The notes: a model not told the origin generated them from the letters alone. Numbered from the stretch's first letter, positions 37,545 through 49,002 are shown. The stretch: 64,000 nucleotides of DNA from Bacteroidales bacterium UBA1756 (GCA_002314795.1 DCHI01000031.1:2157-66156); one strand, 5' to 3'. Numbers and translations are program-made.

Positions 37545-37552
37545 CAAACTTA
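37545..37552 (-). promoter_or_regulatory. Bacteroidota -7 box (TAAGTTTG) upstream of bamA
   Basis: The minus strand reads TAAGTTTGCCTCC, 26 nt upstream of the TTG start. Confidence 0.45.
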
Positions 37553-37587
37553 ATAAAAAAAACGTCAGGAACTCCCTCTTTTGTAAA

Positions 37588-38319
37588 TTAGTTTTGAACT
37601 TGTTCGCTGGTCATTCCGAAGCGGCGCTCTCTGTTTTGATATTGGTTGATGATGTCTCGCAGATGCTCCCCGTTAAAGTCAGGCCACATCACCGGCGTGA
37701 AGAAAAGTTCCGTGTATGCGGACTGCCAAAGCAGGAAATTGCTGATTCGTTTTTCGCCCCCCGTACGAATGAGAATGTCTGGGTCGGGTATGTTGTGAGT
37801 ATAGAGATGCTGTGATATGATTTCTTCCGTAATTTGAGAAGACGTAATCTGCTTGTTTTCAATCTTTTCTGCAATCTTTTTAAAGCAAGACACTAATTCG
37901 GAACGGCCGCTGTAACTCAAGGCCAACGATAGTGTAAGCCCGGTGCAGTGCGCCGAGCGTTCAATGGCATCCAATAATTCTTTGCGGCACAATTCTGGCA
38001 AATCGTCCAAATTGCCGATAGCGTTGAGACGGACATTGTTCTGTATCAGATTGTCCAACTCGTTGCGAAGCGAGGCGACAAGTAGCGTCATCAGGGCTTC
38101 GACCTCTTCGCGGGGACGATTCCAATTTTCGGTTGAAAAAGTGTAAAGTGTCAGATAGGGGATTTGCAGTTTCCCTGCTTCTTCTACAATACGGCGGACG
38201 GCCTTGGCACCCTCTTTGTGCCCTTGCACCCGTTCTAATCCGCGTTGCTTTGCCCATCGGCCGTTCCCATCCATAATGATGGCTATGTGTTTGATTGACT
38301 TCATCAAAGTATCTGTCAT
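37588..38319 (-). CDS. uppS: isoprenyl transferase (undecaprenyl diphosphate synthase)
   Basis: Carries the IMDGNGRWA motif and has cis-prenyltransferase length. Confidence 0.9.
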   Translation of the reverse strand: MTDTLMKSIKHIAIIMDGNGRWAKQRGLERVQGHKEGAKAVRRIVEEAGKLQIPYLTLYTFSTENWNRPREEVEALMTLLVASLRNELDNLIQNNVRLNAIGNLDDLPELCRKELLDAIERSAHCTGLTLSLALSYSGRSELVSCFKKIAEKIENKQITSSQITEEIISQHLYTHNIPDPDILIRTGGEKRISNFLLWQSAYTELFFTPVMWPDFNGEHLRDIINQYQNRERRFGMTSEQVQN

Positions 38320-38328
38320 TCAGTAAGT

Positions 38329-39168
38329 TTAAAGTCTGCTGTTGCCGCTGACGGCTTTTCTTTTAACGTTGGTGCGTATGTCGCACGATTTGTCCATATC
38401 ACCAAATTTGACGGTGAGGGTAACACCGGCAAAGGAGTACAAATCTTTGGTGGTTTGGTTCCCGCGTCCGGTTCCTGCCTGATGCAGTGTTTCGGAACGG
38501 TCGGCCAATGCTGCTACAACCGGACCACGCTTGTCGTACAAAGTCTGATTGTCGTAGTAGTTTCCGCTCACATCGTCCAAGTAGTCGGTGAAAGTGTAGC
38601 GGAGGCCCCATTCGGCGCCGAGGGAAATGTATTTCGCGAAATTAAAACGGAAGCCCAATCCGAACGGGATGGCGACACTGCATAACGAATAGTAATCCTT
38701 TTGTCCTTCTAATCCTTGCCCTTCCGTTCCCAAGTGTTGCAAAGCAAAGGTCTGTCCGTTGTATTCTGCCTGCGGGTTGAAAGAGAAAACGGAGATTCCT
38801 GCAAAGATATAAGGGGAAAAGAAATTCTTTCCTCTTTCATTATATAATTTAAAAAAATTCATTTCTGCTTGAACGGAAATTTCGGTGATGGGGGAGGTGA
38901 AACTCAGATTCCGTTCGTAATTCTTGTTCGTGATGGCATCGCTACCGGCAACTTTGGCAAATAGAACGTCTGCTTTGATAGCCCAACGTGGAGTGAAGTT
39001 GTATCGGTAAATGATGCCTCCTGCCAACTGTGGCATTTTGAACAACCCACGAGGGTTCAGGTCGCCCAGGTAAAAAGAGGTTCCCACCATTGCTCCTAAT
39101 TCAGAACGTTGTGCAAAACTCGAAAGGGTGAGCACGGTTGCTAAAAACAAAAGGGTAATTTTCTTCAT
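38329..39168 (-). CDS. outer-membrane beta-barrel protein (DUF6089-like)
   Basis: Signal peptide and beta-barrel pattern, in the conserved position upstream of uppS. The family name is from memory. Confidence 0.55.
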   Translation of the reverse strand: MKKITLLFLATVLTLSSFAQRSELGAMVGTSFYLGDLNPRGLFKMPQLAGGIIYRYNFTPRWAIKADVLFAKVAGSDAITNKNYERNLSFTSPITEISVQAEMNFFKLYNERGKNFFSPYIFAGISVFSFNPQAEYNGQTFALQHLGTEGQGLEGQKDYYSLCSVAIPFGLGFRFNFAKYISLGAEWGLRYTFTDYLDDVSGNYYDNQTLYDKRGPVVAALADRSETLHQAGTGRGNQTTKDLYSFAGVTLTVKFGDMDKSCDIRTNVKRKAVSGNSRL

Positions 39169-39262
39169 CTATATAAAAATGTGCAATTATCGCAGTTCCC
39201 ACTAACGATTTGGAGTGCAAATTATTGTACTTCTTTAAAAAAAGAGCCAATAAGAAATAATA

Positions 39263-39835
39263 TTATTGTTTCATCTGAAAGCGCCACGGAAGCAGGGCAT
39301 CTTCTTTCGCGTACGCCACGCCAACGCGCGGTCCCGCAACAATTTGCTCCTTCGGAACAAGAATCCCGCGGTCTTCTACCCATAATGTGTCAGAATTGAG
39401 CGGTGTTCCATTTTGTAACAGAGTGATTCCGAGCGCTTTGCATACTTTTCCGGGTCCGATGGTCATCTCGGGAATACAGCGAGTTTTTCCAGTTCGCTTG
39501 AGCATCAGCTCTTCCCCGTGGGTAGGGGCGATGGCTCGAATGAGTATGGCGTCTGGAATTTCCTTCTCATTGGTGACAAAGTTGAGCATATAATGCATTC
39601 CGTAACAAAGATATACGTATGCCACCCCGCCTTTGGCATACATCATTTCGTTCCGACGGGTGCGTCTTCCCCCAAAAGCGTGAGAGGCACGGTCCCCCGT
39701 GCCTCTGTATGCTTCTGTTTCCGTTATCATTCCTCCCGCGATCTGGCCGTCAATTTGCGTGAATACATATTTTCCAAGCAAGTCTTTGGCTAAATGTACG
39801 ACATCGGAATGTTGAAAATAATCAGGAAACGTCAT
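39263..39835 (-). CDS. DNA-3-methyladenine glycosylase (Mpg/AAG family)
   Basis: 190 aa with ITETEAYRG...ASHAFGGRRTRRNEMMY...YVYLCYGMH, typical of the family. Confidence 0.8.
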   Translation of the reverse strand: MTFPDYFQHSDVVHLAKDLLGKYVFTQIDGQIAGGMITETEAYRGTGDRASHAFGGRRTRRNEMMYAKGGVAYVYLCYGMHYMLNFVTNEKEIPDAILIRAIAPTHGEELMLKRTGKTRCIPEMTIGPGKVCKALGITLLQNGTPLNSDTLWVEDRGILVPKEQIVAGPRVGVAYAKEDALLPWRFQMKQ

Positions 39836-39838
39836 CCT

Positions 39839-40858
<1,020 letters not shown>

Positions 40859-40895
40859 TTAAGTTAGTTGTATAAGATATATTATTAGAGGGGGA

Positions 40896-41990
40896 TTATT
40901 TTTCCTCTTTAAATTCATAGTCTTGTAAGCGAATAAAACGTGCCTTCACATTTTCGTATCCGCCTTTTTCCACACGTTTGAACTGAAATTTGTAAGACAG
41001 CGTTTGCGTGGTCGGAATTGCATAGTTGTTGGCAATCATCGTGAGAAAGAACTTGGTGATGTCGTAGCCCTGGTATGCATAATTGTCGATGGTGGGAAGG
41101 GAGTGGAAATGCTCGCCGTATTTATAAGTAAAAAGACGGCTGTTGACATCGGCTTCATCTACGAAATAGTTGGCGAAATAGGCGACGTTCAATCCGTTCA
41201 TATTTTCAATGTTGAACTCTTCCGTCTCAACCCATTCTTCGGGAATCACCCAAGTGTAGGAGGGGAGCGAGGTGCTTGTCAGCGCCTGGTGGACACCTTT
41301 TGTAAAAGAGGATGGGTGATTGAAGCAGGCGATGACGACGTTATCTTTAGTTGCAGATAACTTGTTCCCAAAGAAAGTGGAGTCTGTAACCTTGTGGAAG
41401 GGAATGTTGCGTGAGGTAAAGTACTCTTCGTATGCCTGTGCGTCGTGCGTAGCGTGCTGCGCCGAAGTCCACAAGATGATATTTGCATTCGGAAAATGGC
41501 TGCTGATGTACGCGGGCCGGCTTGACAGAGAAGGATATGCTTTGTAGATGTACGGATTGCCAACGATGATGTCGTGACGGGAGGAGAACGGATTGACGAC
41601 TGGGATTTTGTTCTTGCGTCCATACTCGGCTACCGTCGGGAAAAGTTTCCCGTAAACCGGCGCAATGATGAGTTCAATCCGTTGATTGGCAAATTCTTTG
41701 AGGGCTGCATCTAAGGAGGAGGCGTCGGTTATGTCGCGCACGATGATGTTGAAATCGTATCCTTCATCTCCTAATTCGGAAATGGCGACCTGCGCCCCTT
41801 GCCAAAAGTGAATCAGCGTTTTCCCAAATATGTTCTCAATATCTTGCTGCGTATTGATGTTTTCTATGGACGAATTGTTGACTTTGTCAGCATCGATGGG
41901 CAGTAGGAACAAAATGTTTTGCTGCGCAGACGCAAAAAGTGTCGCCATAAGCAGAAGCACCAAGATGATGAATGATTTTTTGTTTATCAT
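40896..41990 (-). CDS. secreted periplasmic-binding-protein-fold (type 1 PBP-like) protein
   Basis: Start chosen at MINKKSFIILV before the signal peptide. The alternating alpha/beta pattern resembles LivK-like binding proteins. Weak call. Confidence 0.45.
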   Translation of the reverse strand: MINKKSFIILVLLLMATLFASAQQNILFLLPIDADKVNNSSIENINTQQDIENIFGKTLIHFWQGAQVAISELGDEGYDFNIIVRDITDASSLDAALKEFANQRIELIIAPVYGKLFPTVAEYGRKNKIPVVNPFSSRHDIIVGNPYIYKAYPSLSSRPAYISSHFPNANIILWTSAQHATHDAQAYEEYFTSRNIPFHKVTDSTFFGNKLSATKDNVVIACFNHPSSFTKGVHQALTSTSLPSYTWVIPEEWVETEEFNIENMNGLNVAYFANYFVDEADVNSRLFTYKYGEHFHSLPTIDNYAYQGYDITKFFLTMIANNYAIPTTQTLSYKFQFKRVEKGGYENVKARFIRLQDYEFKEEK

Positions 41991-42012
41991 ATAAACTATT
42001 ATAAAGGTCGGT

Positions 42013-42891
42013 TTAATTTTCTTGTGGTAGTTCAACTTTGTGTTTCCATCTCCGATGGCTCCAGAGCCAGAATGCCGGTGCACGGCGGATGGTTGTTTCT
42101 AAATGTCGGACATACTTTTCTGTGATTTCGCCGTGGTCGGTTTCCGTTGGTCTGTCGGTGATGAGATGGTTGACGATTCTGTAGTGCCCCTTTCGTTCCT
42201 TGATGATTTCGTAATAGATAACCGGAATGTCGTATTTCTTGGCAAAATATTCCGGCCCGTAAATAATGGCGGAGGGTTGGTTCAGAAACGTGGTTTTATA
42301 ACTCTTGTTCACGTTGTTGGGAGATTGGTCCGACAGCATCATATAAGCAACTGGCGTGTTGTTTTGTTCAAATTGTTGAAAAATTTCTCTCACGTGGTCT
42401 GCGAACACGACTTGTGTGCCGTAGCGAGTGCGGGCGCGATTGACCAACTTCTCGAAAGACTTGTTCGTGTTGGCTTTTCCAACCCCGACGGCTCGGTGAT
42501 GGTATTGCATAGGAAGACTCAGAATCATCCATTCCCAGTTGTTGTAGTGACTGGAAACTAAAATGACGCTTTTCCCTTGCTCATAGTACTGATTCACCAA
42601 TTCGGGATTTTCACACACATAGCGGCGCAAAACGTGCTTGCGCGTCATCGTCAGCATCTTCAGCATTTCGGCGGCAATCTGCGACAAATGTTTGTAGTAA
42701 GATTTCCGGAGACTTTTAATCTCTTTTTTGTCTAAGTCCGGAAACGATTTCATTAGGTTCTTCGTCGTGACGTTTTTTCTATATCCAATCAAATAATAGA
42801 TGCATAAATAGAAAATGTACCCAATGCCGTAAAGCACCGTCAAGGGAAATAGGGAGAGTGGGTAGAGGATGAGATAAAACAGAAGGTGCAT
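42013..42891 (-). CDS. lysophospholipid/lipid A acyltransferase family protein (LpxL/HtrB-like)
   Basis: N-terminal transmembrane helix and acyltransferase motif SSHYNNWE (Hx4E). Confidence 0.7.
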   Translation of the reverse strand: MHLLFYLILYPLSLFPLTVLYGIGYIFYLCIYYLIGYRKNVTTKNLMKSFPDLDKKEIKSLRKSYYKHLSQIAAEMLKMLTMTRKHVLRRYVCENPELVNQYYEQGKSVILVSSHYNNWEWMILSLPMQYHHRAVGVGKANTNKSFEKLVNRARTRYGTQVVFADHVREIFQQFEQNNTPVAYMMLSDQSPNNVNKSYKTTFLNQPSAIIYGPEYFAKKYDIPVIYYEIIKERKGHYRIVNHLITDRPTETDHGEITEKYVRHLETTIRRAPAFWLWSHRRWKHKVELPQEN

Positions 42892-42892
42892 T

Positions 42893-43423
42893 TTATTGTT
42901 GGCTGATGTACTGATAGATAGATGAAACGATGTGGTCGCTGTTTTTTAAGATGACTTCGCGGTTTTCATCCGTGACTTTGCCGATGAAAACGGTTTCCAT
43001 TCCGCAGCGGCGTCCGAATTGCATATCCGATGCACTGTCTCCAATCATCACAGAATGAGCAAAGTCGATGTCGGGAAAGTCAGCCTGGGCTTGGAGCGCC
43101 ATCCCGATTTCCGGTTTCCGACACGTACAGCCAGCTCCGGCAAGATGCGGACATACATATATTTTATTGATGATGAGGCCTCGTTCTTTCAGCCAATCAA
43201 GCAAGTACTGATGGACGGTTTCTACATTTTCGCGGGTGCAAATTCCTTTGGCAATCCCTTGCTGATTGGTGACAATGACTATTTTTTGGAAATTTTCTCT
43301 CAAAAGTGGAATGGAACGCAAAAAATCTTCACGAATCTCTAATTCGGAAATGTTCTTTACGTAATCTCCTATCAATTGGACATTTACGACACCATCACGA
43401 TCTAAAAACAGAGTCCTTTCCAT
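42893..43423 (-). CDS. HAD-IIIA phosphatase (GmhB-like D,D-heptose bisphosphate phosphatase family)
   Basis: HAD motif I FLDRDGVVN, a CxH/C zinc-like segment (YVCPHLAGAGCTCRKP) and motif GDSASD. Confidence 0.65.
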   Translation of the reverse strand: MERTLFLDRDGVVNVQLIGDYVKNISELEIREDFLRSIPLLRENFQKIVIVTNQQGIAKGICTRENVETVHQYLLDWLKERGLIINKIYVCPHLAGAGCTCRKPEIGMALQAQADFPDIDFAHSVMIGDSASDMQFGRRCGMETVFIGKVTDENREVILKNSDHIVSSIYQYISQQ

Positions 43424-43453
43424 TCCTGTTCCACTGCTTCAATTTTCGGGCGG

Positions 43454-43461
43454 CAAATTTA
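43454..43461 (-). promoter_or_regulatory. Bacteroidota -7 box (TAAATTTG) for the gmhB-like operon
   Basis: The minus strand reads TAAATTTGCCGCC, 31 nt upstream of the ATG at 43423. Confidence 0.5.
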
Positions 43462-43475
43462 GCAAACAATTATGG

Positions 43476-43497
43476 TTTATGAACAATTGTTTATAAA
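43476..43497. promoter_or_regulatory. 22-bp near-perfect palindrome, candidate operator
   Basis: TTTATGAACAATTGTTTATAAA is self-complementary at 20 of 22 positions, centred on AACAATTGTT. It lies in the divergent gap between the gmhB-like operon and the RND gene. Confidence 0.4.
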
Positions 43498-43625
43498 TTT
43501 CAAGGAATTGAAATCATCTTTTAGGCAAGAAAAAATTTTGATTTTGTAAAACAAAAATAAAAAAAACGTGTTTATATAGTTTGCGTGTTTTGCGCTTAGA
43601 GTTTGACAATATAAAATAAATAATA

Positions 43626-46600
43626 ATGGGTTTATATCAATCATCTGTTAACAAGCCAATTATGACCGCTTTGGTCTATGTGGCTATCGCAATTATTGGT
43701 GTCTTCTGCTACACAAAACTTCCGGTTGACCTTTTCCCTGATATGGGGGAAAACAACATTATGGTCTTTACTACCTATCCTGGCGCAAGTGCGGCTGATA
43801 TTGAAAACAACGTGACGAAGCCATTGGAAAACGTGCTCAACAGTGTCAGTGACTTGAAGGAGATGACCTCCTCTTCAAAAGAAAACTACTCCATTATTAC
43901 GTTGGAATTTGTAGAAGGTGTTGATATTGAGGATGCTACAAATGATGTCCGTGACAAACTGGATATGACGACGTCAATGCTTCCGGATGCTTGTAACCAG
44001 CCCTTCCTCTTTAAATTCAGTATGGAGGATATCCCGATTTTGATGCTTTCCGTCAAATCAGCCGAAAGTACGAATGCTCTGTACAAGATTTTGGATGACC
44101 GTGTCGCTTCGCCAATCAGCCGTGTCGGCGGTGTGGGTACGGTTTCTATTTCGGGTGCGCCGCAGCGTGAAATCGCTATCTACTGCGACCCTTATAAGTT
44201 GGAGGCCTACAATTTGTCGATTGAGTCCATCGCGGCTGTCGTCGGCGCCGAAAACCGCAACGTCCCGCTCGGCTCTATGGACATCGGTTCCGAAACCTAC
44301 TCTATGCGCGTCCAGGGCGAGTTCAGTGATGCTTCCCAAATGAAAAATATCGTTGTCGGTAGCTACAACAACCGCAACATTTACTTGAGCGATGTCGCTG
44401 TCGTGAAAGATACCGTACAGGAACGTATGCAGGAAGTTTATAACAATGGCCACCGCGGTGCGATGATTATCGTTCAAAAACAGTCCGGCGCAAATTCCGT
44501 ACAGATTTCCCAGAAAGTTATGGACATTCTCCCTGAAATCCAGAAGAATCTTCCCTCCGATGTCGAAATCGGCATTATCGCCAATACGTCCGACAGTATT
44601 ACCAACACGGTGAAAAGTTTGGAGGAGACGATTATCATCATTCTTGCTTTAGTCGTTTTAGTTGTTCTGTTTTTCTTGGGACGATGGCGTGCCACTTTTA
44701 TCGTCGCGATTGTAATCCCTGTTTCTTTGGTCGCCTCCTTCATCTATTTAGCGGTGACGGGCAACAGCTTGAATATCATTTCGTTGTCTTCTCTAAGTAT
44801 CGCCATCGGTATGGTCGTGGATGACGCCATCGTTGTGTTAGAGAATGTTACGACGCACATTGAGCGAGGGTCGAAGCCCAAGTCCGCAGCCGTTTTTGCC
44901 ACCAGCGAAGTCTCCCTCTCCTTGATTGCCACCACGCTCGTTCTTTTGGCTGTGTTTATCCCGTTGACATTCCTCGGCGGTCAGGCAGGTATTCTTTTTA
45001 AACAGTTGGGTTGGATTGTCAGTATCGTTTGCTCCGTTTCTACGCTGGCCGCTATGACCTTGACACCGATGTTGTGTTCCGTTATGCTGAAGTCGAACCC
45101 GAGTCGTGGTAAGGTGTTTGGTGCCATCTACAAGCCCGTTCAAAAGTTCCTGGATTGGTTGGACCGTTTCTACGAAAGCATCCTCCGCTGGTGTGTCAAT
45201 CACCGCCTTATCGTGGTGGGTGGAGCTTTAGCCATCTTCATTGCCAGTATGTCTCTCATTAAGGTCATTCCTACGGAGTATATGCCGACCAACGACCAGG
45301 GGCGTCTTTCTGCCACAGTGAAACTTCCGGTGGGTACCAGAATGGAAACCACCCGCGCTTGGGCACTCGATTTCACCGAAATGATGAAACAGAATTATCC
45401 GGAATTGTTGATGTGCAACTTCTCTGTCGGTCAGCCCGATGACGATAACACCTTCGGAATTATGTCCGAAACGGGTTCTCATATCGTGAAATTCAATATG
45501 CGTTTTAAGGACAAAGTGGACCGTGAACGCGGCATTACCGCCATTGCGGATAATATTCGTGACGACCTTTCTAAATATCCAGAGATTTATCGTTATCAGG
45601 TTTCTGTCGGAGCAGGCGGAATGGGTGGTCAAAGTAGCGTTGACATTGAATTGTACGGCTATGACTTTGAAACTACCGACCGTCTGGCCGCCGAAGTATC
45701 GAAAAAGATGAAGGAGGCCAAAGGTTGCTCTGAAGCCAACATCAGCCGTAGCGAGTATGTTCCTGAAATCCAAATCGACTTCGACCGTGAAAAGCTGGCT
45801 GAAAACGGCCTCAATCTGACAACCGCAGCTTCGTATGTCCGCAACCGTTTCAACGGTTACATTGCTTCTCAGTATCGTGAGGACGGTGACGAGTACGATA
45901 TCAAGGTCCGTTACGCCGAAAATTTCCGTCAGGATATTTCCGCTATCGAAAACATCTTGGTCTATAACAATTCCGGTCAGGGACTTCGTATCAAGGACCT
46001 TGGAAATGTTGTGGAACGTTCCACCCCTCCGACTATTGAACGTAAGGACCGTGAACGTGTCGTCAAAGTTTCCTGTATCGTAGGTAAGGATGGCGTTTTG
46101 AGTGATGTTGTGGATCAGGCACAGCAGGTTATGGATAATATGGACATCCCGGCTGAAGTCACTTATAAGATTGGTGGTACTTGGGAAGATCAGCAGGAGG
46201 CCTTCTCCGATATGTACACTTTGATTGTACTTATCGTGTTGCTGGTTTACATCGTGATGTGTTCGCAGTTCGAATCGTTTACCTACCCGTTTGTCATTAT
46301 GTTCTCCATCCCCTTCGCCTTCACGGGCGTCTTTATCGGTTTGGCGATTACGCAGACGGCATTGGGAGTTATGGCTTTGGTCGGTGTGCTGATGCTCGTC
46401 GGTATCGTTGTCAAGAACGGTATCGTGCTCATCGACTATACGATTCTGTGTCGTGAACGCGGTCTCTCCGTCAAAGAGTCCGTCACCACGGCTGGCAAGT
46501 CCCGTCTGCGTCCTATCTTGATGACCACGCTTACGACCGTCCTCGGTATGGTTCCGTTAGCAGTTGACGACGGTATGGGTGCTGAAATGTGGAACTCACT

Positions 46601-46754
46601 CGGTATGACCGTCGCTTGGGGTCTTTCCGTCTCCACCTTGGTCACCTTGATTCTTATCCCGATTATGTATAGTCTGTTCGCCGATTTTGGTCAATGGCGT
46701 AAAAATAGAAAATTGGCCAAAGCCGCTACAGTGGAAAATCTTCCTACCATATAA
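43626..46754 (+). CDS. RND-family efflux transporter permease (AcrB-like)
   Basis: 1042 aa with the 12-helix, two-large-loop architecture and typical RND segments (AIGMVVDDAIVVLENV, VGIVVKNGIVLID). Confidence 0.9.
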   Translation: MGLYQSSVNKPIMTALVYVAIAIIGVFCYTKLPVDLFPDMGENNIMVFTTYPGASAADIENNVTKPLENVLNSVSDLKEMTSSSKENYSIITLEFVEGVDIEDATNDVRDKLDMTTSMLPDACNQPFLFKFSMEDIPILMLSVKSAESTNALYKILDDRVASPISRVGGVGTVSISGAPQREIAIYCDPYKLEAYNLSIESIAAVVGAENRNVPLGSMDIGSETYSMRVQGEFSDASQMKNIVVGSYNNRNIYLSDVAVVKDTVQERMQEVYNNGHRGAMIIVQKQSGANSVQISQKVMDILPEIQKNLPSDVEIGIIANTSDSITNTVKSLEETIIIILALVVLVVLFFLGRWRATFIVAIVIPVSLVASFIYLAVTGNSLNIISLSSLSIAIGMVVDDAIVVLENVTTHIERGSKPKSAAVFATSEVSLSLIATTLVLLAVFIPLTFLGGQAGILFKQLGWIVSIVCSVSTLAAMTLTPMLCSVMLKSNPSRGKVFGAIYKPVQKFLDWLDRFYESILRWCVNHRLIVVGGALAIFIASMSLIKVIPTEYMPTNDQGRLSATVKLPVGTRMETTRAWALDFTEMMKQNYPELLMCNFSVGQPDDDNTFGIMSETGSHIVKFNMRFKDKVDRERGITAIADNIRDDLSKYPEIYRYQVSVGAGGMGGQSSVDIELYGYDFETTDRLAAEVSKKMKEAKGCSEANISRSEYVPEIQIDFDREKLAENGLNLTTAASYVRNRFNGYIASQYREDGDEYDIKVRYAENFRQDISAIENILVYNNSGQGLRIKDLGNVVERSTPPTIERKDRERVVKVSCIVGKDGVLSDVVDQAQQVMDNMDIPAEVTYKIGGTWEDQQEAFSDMYTLIVLIVLLVYIVMCSQFESFTYPFVIMFSIPFAFTGVFIGLAITQTALGVMALVGVLMLVGIVVKNGIVLIDYTILCRERGLSVKESVTTAGKSRLRPILMTTLTTVLGMVPLAVDDGMGAEMWNSLGMTVAWGLSVSTLVTLILIPIMYSLFADFGQWRKNRKLAKAATVENLPTI

Positions 46755-46757
46755 TTT

Positions 46758-47411
46758 ATGAAGCAACAAATATTCTTGGCATTTGCCATCCTCGCGCTCT
46801 TTTTCGTCTCTTGTCAACATACGGAAAAAGAGTATTATCCTAACGGAATGCTGCGTTCTACCATCGAATGTAAAGGAGACGTTCCCAATGGCGTTTCCAC
46901 CTATTATAATGATGACGGGGTCAAAACATTGGAGGTGAATTATAAAAATGGTAAAAAGGAAGGTCGCCTCCGTTCTTTCTTTTTCAACGGGAATTTGCAA
47001 ACGGAAGAGTATTACAAAAATGACCAGCTCAACGGTCTCCAAACCACATACGATTTGACGGGAATTAAACTTACTGAAATTGAGTATGTTGACGGGGTAA
47101 TGAACGGCTCCTACCGTGAATGGCACGACAAGGATGTTTTGAAAAGTGTCGGTTCGTACGCTGACGGCCTATGGAACGGACACTGGGAATATTACGACTT
47201 CCGCGGTTTTCTTGTCGCCGAGGGTGATTTTGATCACGGGACGGGCGACCAACTCAACTATACCGATACCGGCGTCCTTTATAAGAAAAGCCACTATGTC
47301 AATAATGAGAAGAGTGGCGAAGAATTTTTTTACAATTCTGATGGTGATGTAGTGAAAACCATTGTCTATGAGAAAGGTAGAATGGTTTCCATCGATGGTA
47401 AGCACGTTTAA
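46758..47411 (+). CDS. MORN-variant repeat lipoprotein (YwqK-like)
   Basis: Lipobox FFVSC. Repeated G-x-x-x-Y-Y/F-x-N-G units (YYPNGML, YYNDDGV, FFFNGNL, YYKNDQLNG, WHDKDVL). It starts 4 nt after the RND stop. Confidence 0.7.
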   Translation: MKQQIFLAFAILALFFVSCQHTEKEYYPNGMLRSTIECKGDVPNGVSTYYNDDGVKTLEVNYKNGKKEGRLRSFFFNGNLQTEEYYKNDQLNGLQTTYDLTGIKLTEIEYVDGVMNGSYREWHDKDVLKSVGSYADGLWNGHWEYYDFRGFLVAEGDFDHGTGDQLNYTDTGVLYKKSHYVNNEKSGEEFFYNSDGDVVKTIVYEKGRMVSIDGKHV

Positions 47412-47433
47412 TAATCCTTTTTTATTGTTGAAA

Positions 47434-49002
47434 ATGATGAAACGAATCCTTCTGTTAGCAATCGCATTCCTCTGTATGACGGCTACTTTTGCTCAGCAGA
47501 AGAAGATTTATTTTGAAGCGGACCTCCTTGAATATGATGAAGAAGTAATGGCTGGCGTGGAGCAGTACACGGGCAATGTGGTCTTCCGACATCAGAATAC
47601 CATCGGCTATTGCGACCGCGCCCTTCATTTTAGAGATGAAAATCAGTTGCACGCTTTTGGCAATCCCGTTCGCATCATCATCAATGATTCCGTTACGCTT
47701 TACGGAGATTTCCTCATCTATGATGGCAATCGTCGTACGGTTTCCATTTCTGGAAATGTGATTCTTCGTGACAAAACAGCCGCCTTGTTTACCGATAGCT
47801 TAATCTACGATTTGAATACCGACAAAGGTTATTATCTTACTGGTGGTAAGATGGTTAACGATAAGAACGTTCTTACAAGTTTGATTGGTTATTACAATAC
47901 GGTTACTAAAATGGCCGACTTGTCCGATTCCGTTCTGTTGGTGAATGAAACTTACACGGGCAAATGTCACACAGCTTCCTACAATACCCAGTCGCAAATT
48001 GCCTTTTTTACATCGCGTACGCATCTTTTTTCAACTGAAAATCAAATGTTTACAGATAGAGGATGGTATGACACGCAGCAGGATATTGTCTCTCTGTTTG
48101 GAAATGCGGAGCTTTTTAATGAAACGCAGAATCTGTCGGGCGACAGTCTCTATTTTGAAAAGCAAACCTCTTTCGGCCAGGGCTGGAACCACGTCCGTCT
48201 TATCGATTCTGTTAAAAACTATATCGTTCAAGGAAACTACATCGAGTATTGGGACAAGGACTTTTCTGTCGTGACCGATAGCGCGGAACTAACCTTGATC
48301 GATGGCAATGACTCGCTTTATCTTCACGGCGATACGTTAAGAATTTTGTTTGATACGGCGCAATCTCCGAAATATTTTTATGCCTATAACAAGGTGAAAT
48401 TTTTCCGTACGGATTTGCAAGGCGCCTGCGATTCTATGGCTTATATCGTTGAAGATTCCACCATTACAATGTATTACAATCCGGTGGTGTGGGCCGAAGG
48501 CAATCAGCTGACAGCCGATACCATCCGCTTTACCATTTTGGACTCCGTCAATATGAAAATGGAACTTTGCCGTTCCGCCTATATCGTCTCCTCCGTTTTT
48601 GATTCCACCGAATTCAATCAGATCAAAGGATTGAACATTATCGGGAATATTCGTGACAATAAACTTACGCAGGTGGATGTTATCGGGAATGCCGAAAGTT
48701 TGTACTATATCCAGGAAGAAGACAGCTCCCTTATCGGTATCAATTCCGCAATGACCAGCGAGATGCGTATCGTTTTTGATAATAATGCCATCAAATCCAT
48801 CATCTTTTATAATGCGCCTGACGGGAAACTCTATCCGGACAAGGATTTGAATGATAAAGACCGTTTGTTGAAGGATTTCCGTTGGCTGAATGCCTACCGT
48901 CCATTCTCACGTTCGGATATCTTTTTCAATCCGATTGAACGTGTAGTTGCCAAAAGTGATGAAGAAGAAGGCGATATGAATGGTGAAACAGATATTAAGT
49001 GA
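47434..49002 (+). CDS. OstA-like (LptA/LptD N-terminal beta-jellyroll) multi-repeat periplasmic protein
   Basis: Start chosen at MMKRILLLAIAF before the signal peptide. There are repeated 'D-x-l-x-y-d ... GnV' strand patterns along about 500 aa. Confidence 0.65.
   Translation: MMKRILLLAIAFLCMTATFAQQKKIYFEADLLEYDEEVMAGVEQYTGNVVFRHQNTIGYCDRALHFRDENQLHAFGNPVRIIINDSVTLYGDFLIYDGNRRTVSISGNVILRDKTAALFTDSLIYDLNTDKGYYLTGGKMVNDKNVLTSLIGYYNTVTKMADLSDSVLLVNETYTGKCHTASYNTQSQIAFFTSRTHLFSTENQMFTDRGWYDTQQDIVSLFGNAELFNETQNLSGDSLYFEKQTSFGQGWNHVRLIDSVKNYIVQGNYIEYWDKDFSVVTDSAELTLIDGNDSLYLHGDTLRILFDTAQSPKYFYAYNKVKFFRTDLQGACDSMAYIVEDSTITMYYNPVVWAEGNQLTADTIRFTILDSVNMKMELCRSAYIVSSVFDSTEFNQIKGLNIIGNIRDNKLTQVDVIGNAESLYYIQEEDSSLIGINSAMTSEMRIVFDNNAIKSIIFYNAPDGKLYPDKDLNDKDRLLKDFRWLNAYRPFSRSDIFFNPIERVVAKSDEEEGDMNGETDIK

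Noticed and set aside
46758-47411. YwqK-like 'antitoxin' as part of a toxin-antitoxin pair
   Set aside because: The protein has a lipoprotein signal, so it is exported, and no toxin-like partner is adjacent. The MORN-repeat annotation is structural only.
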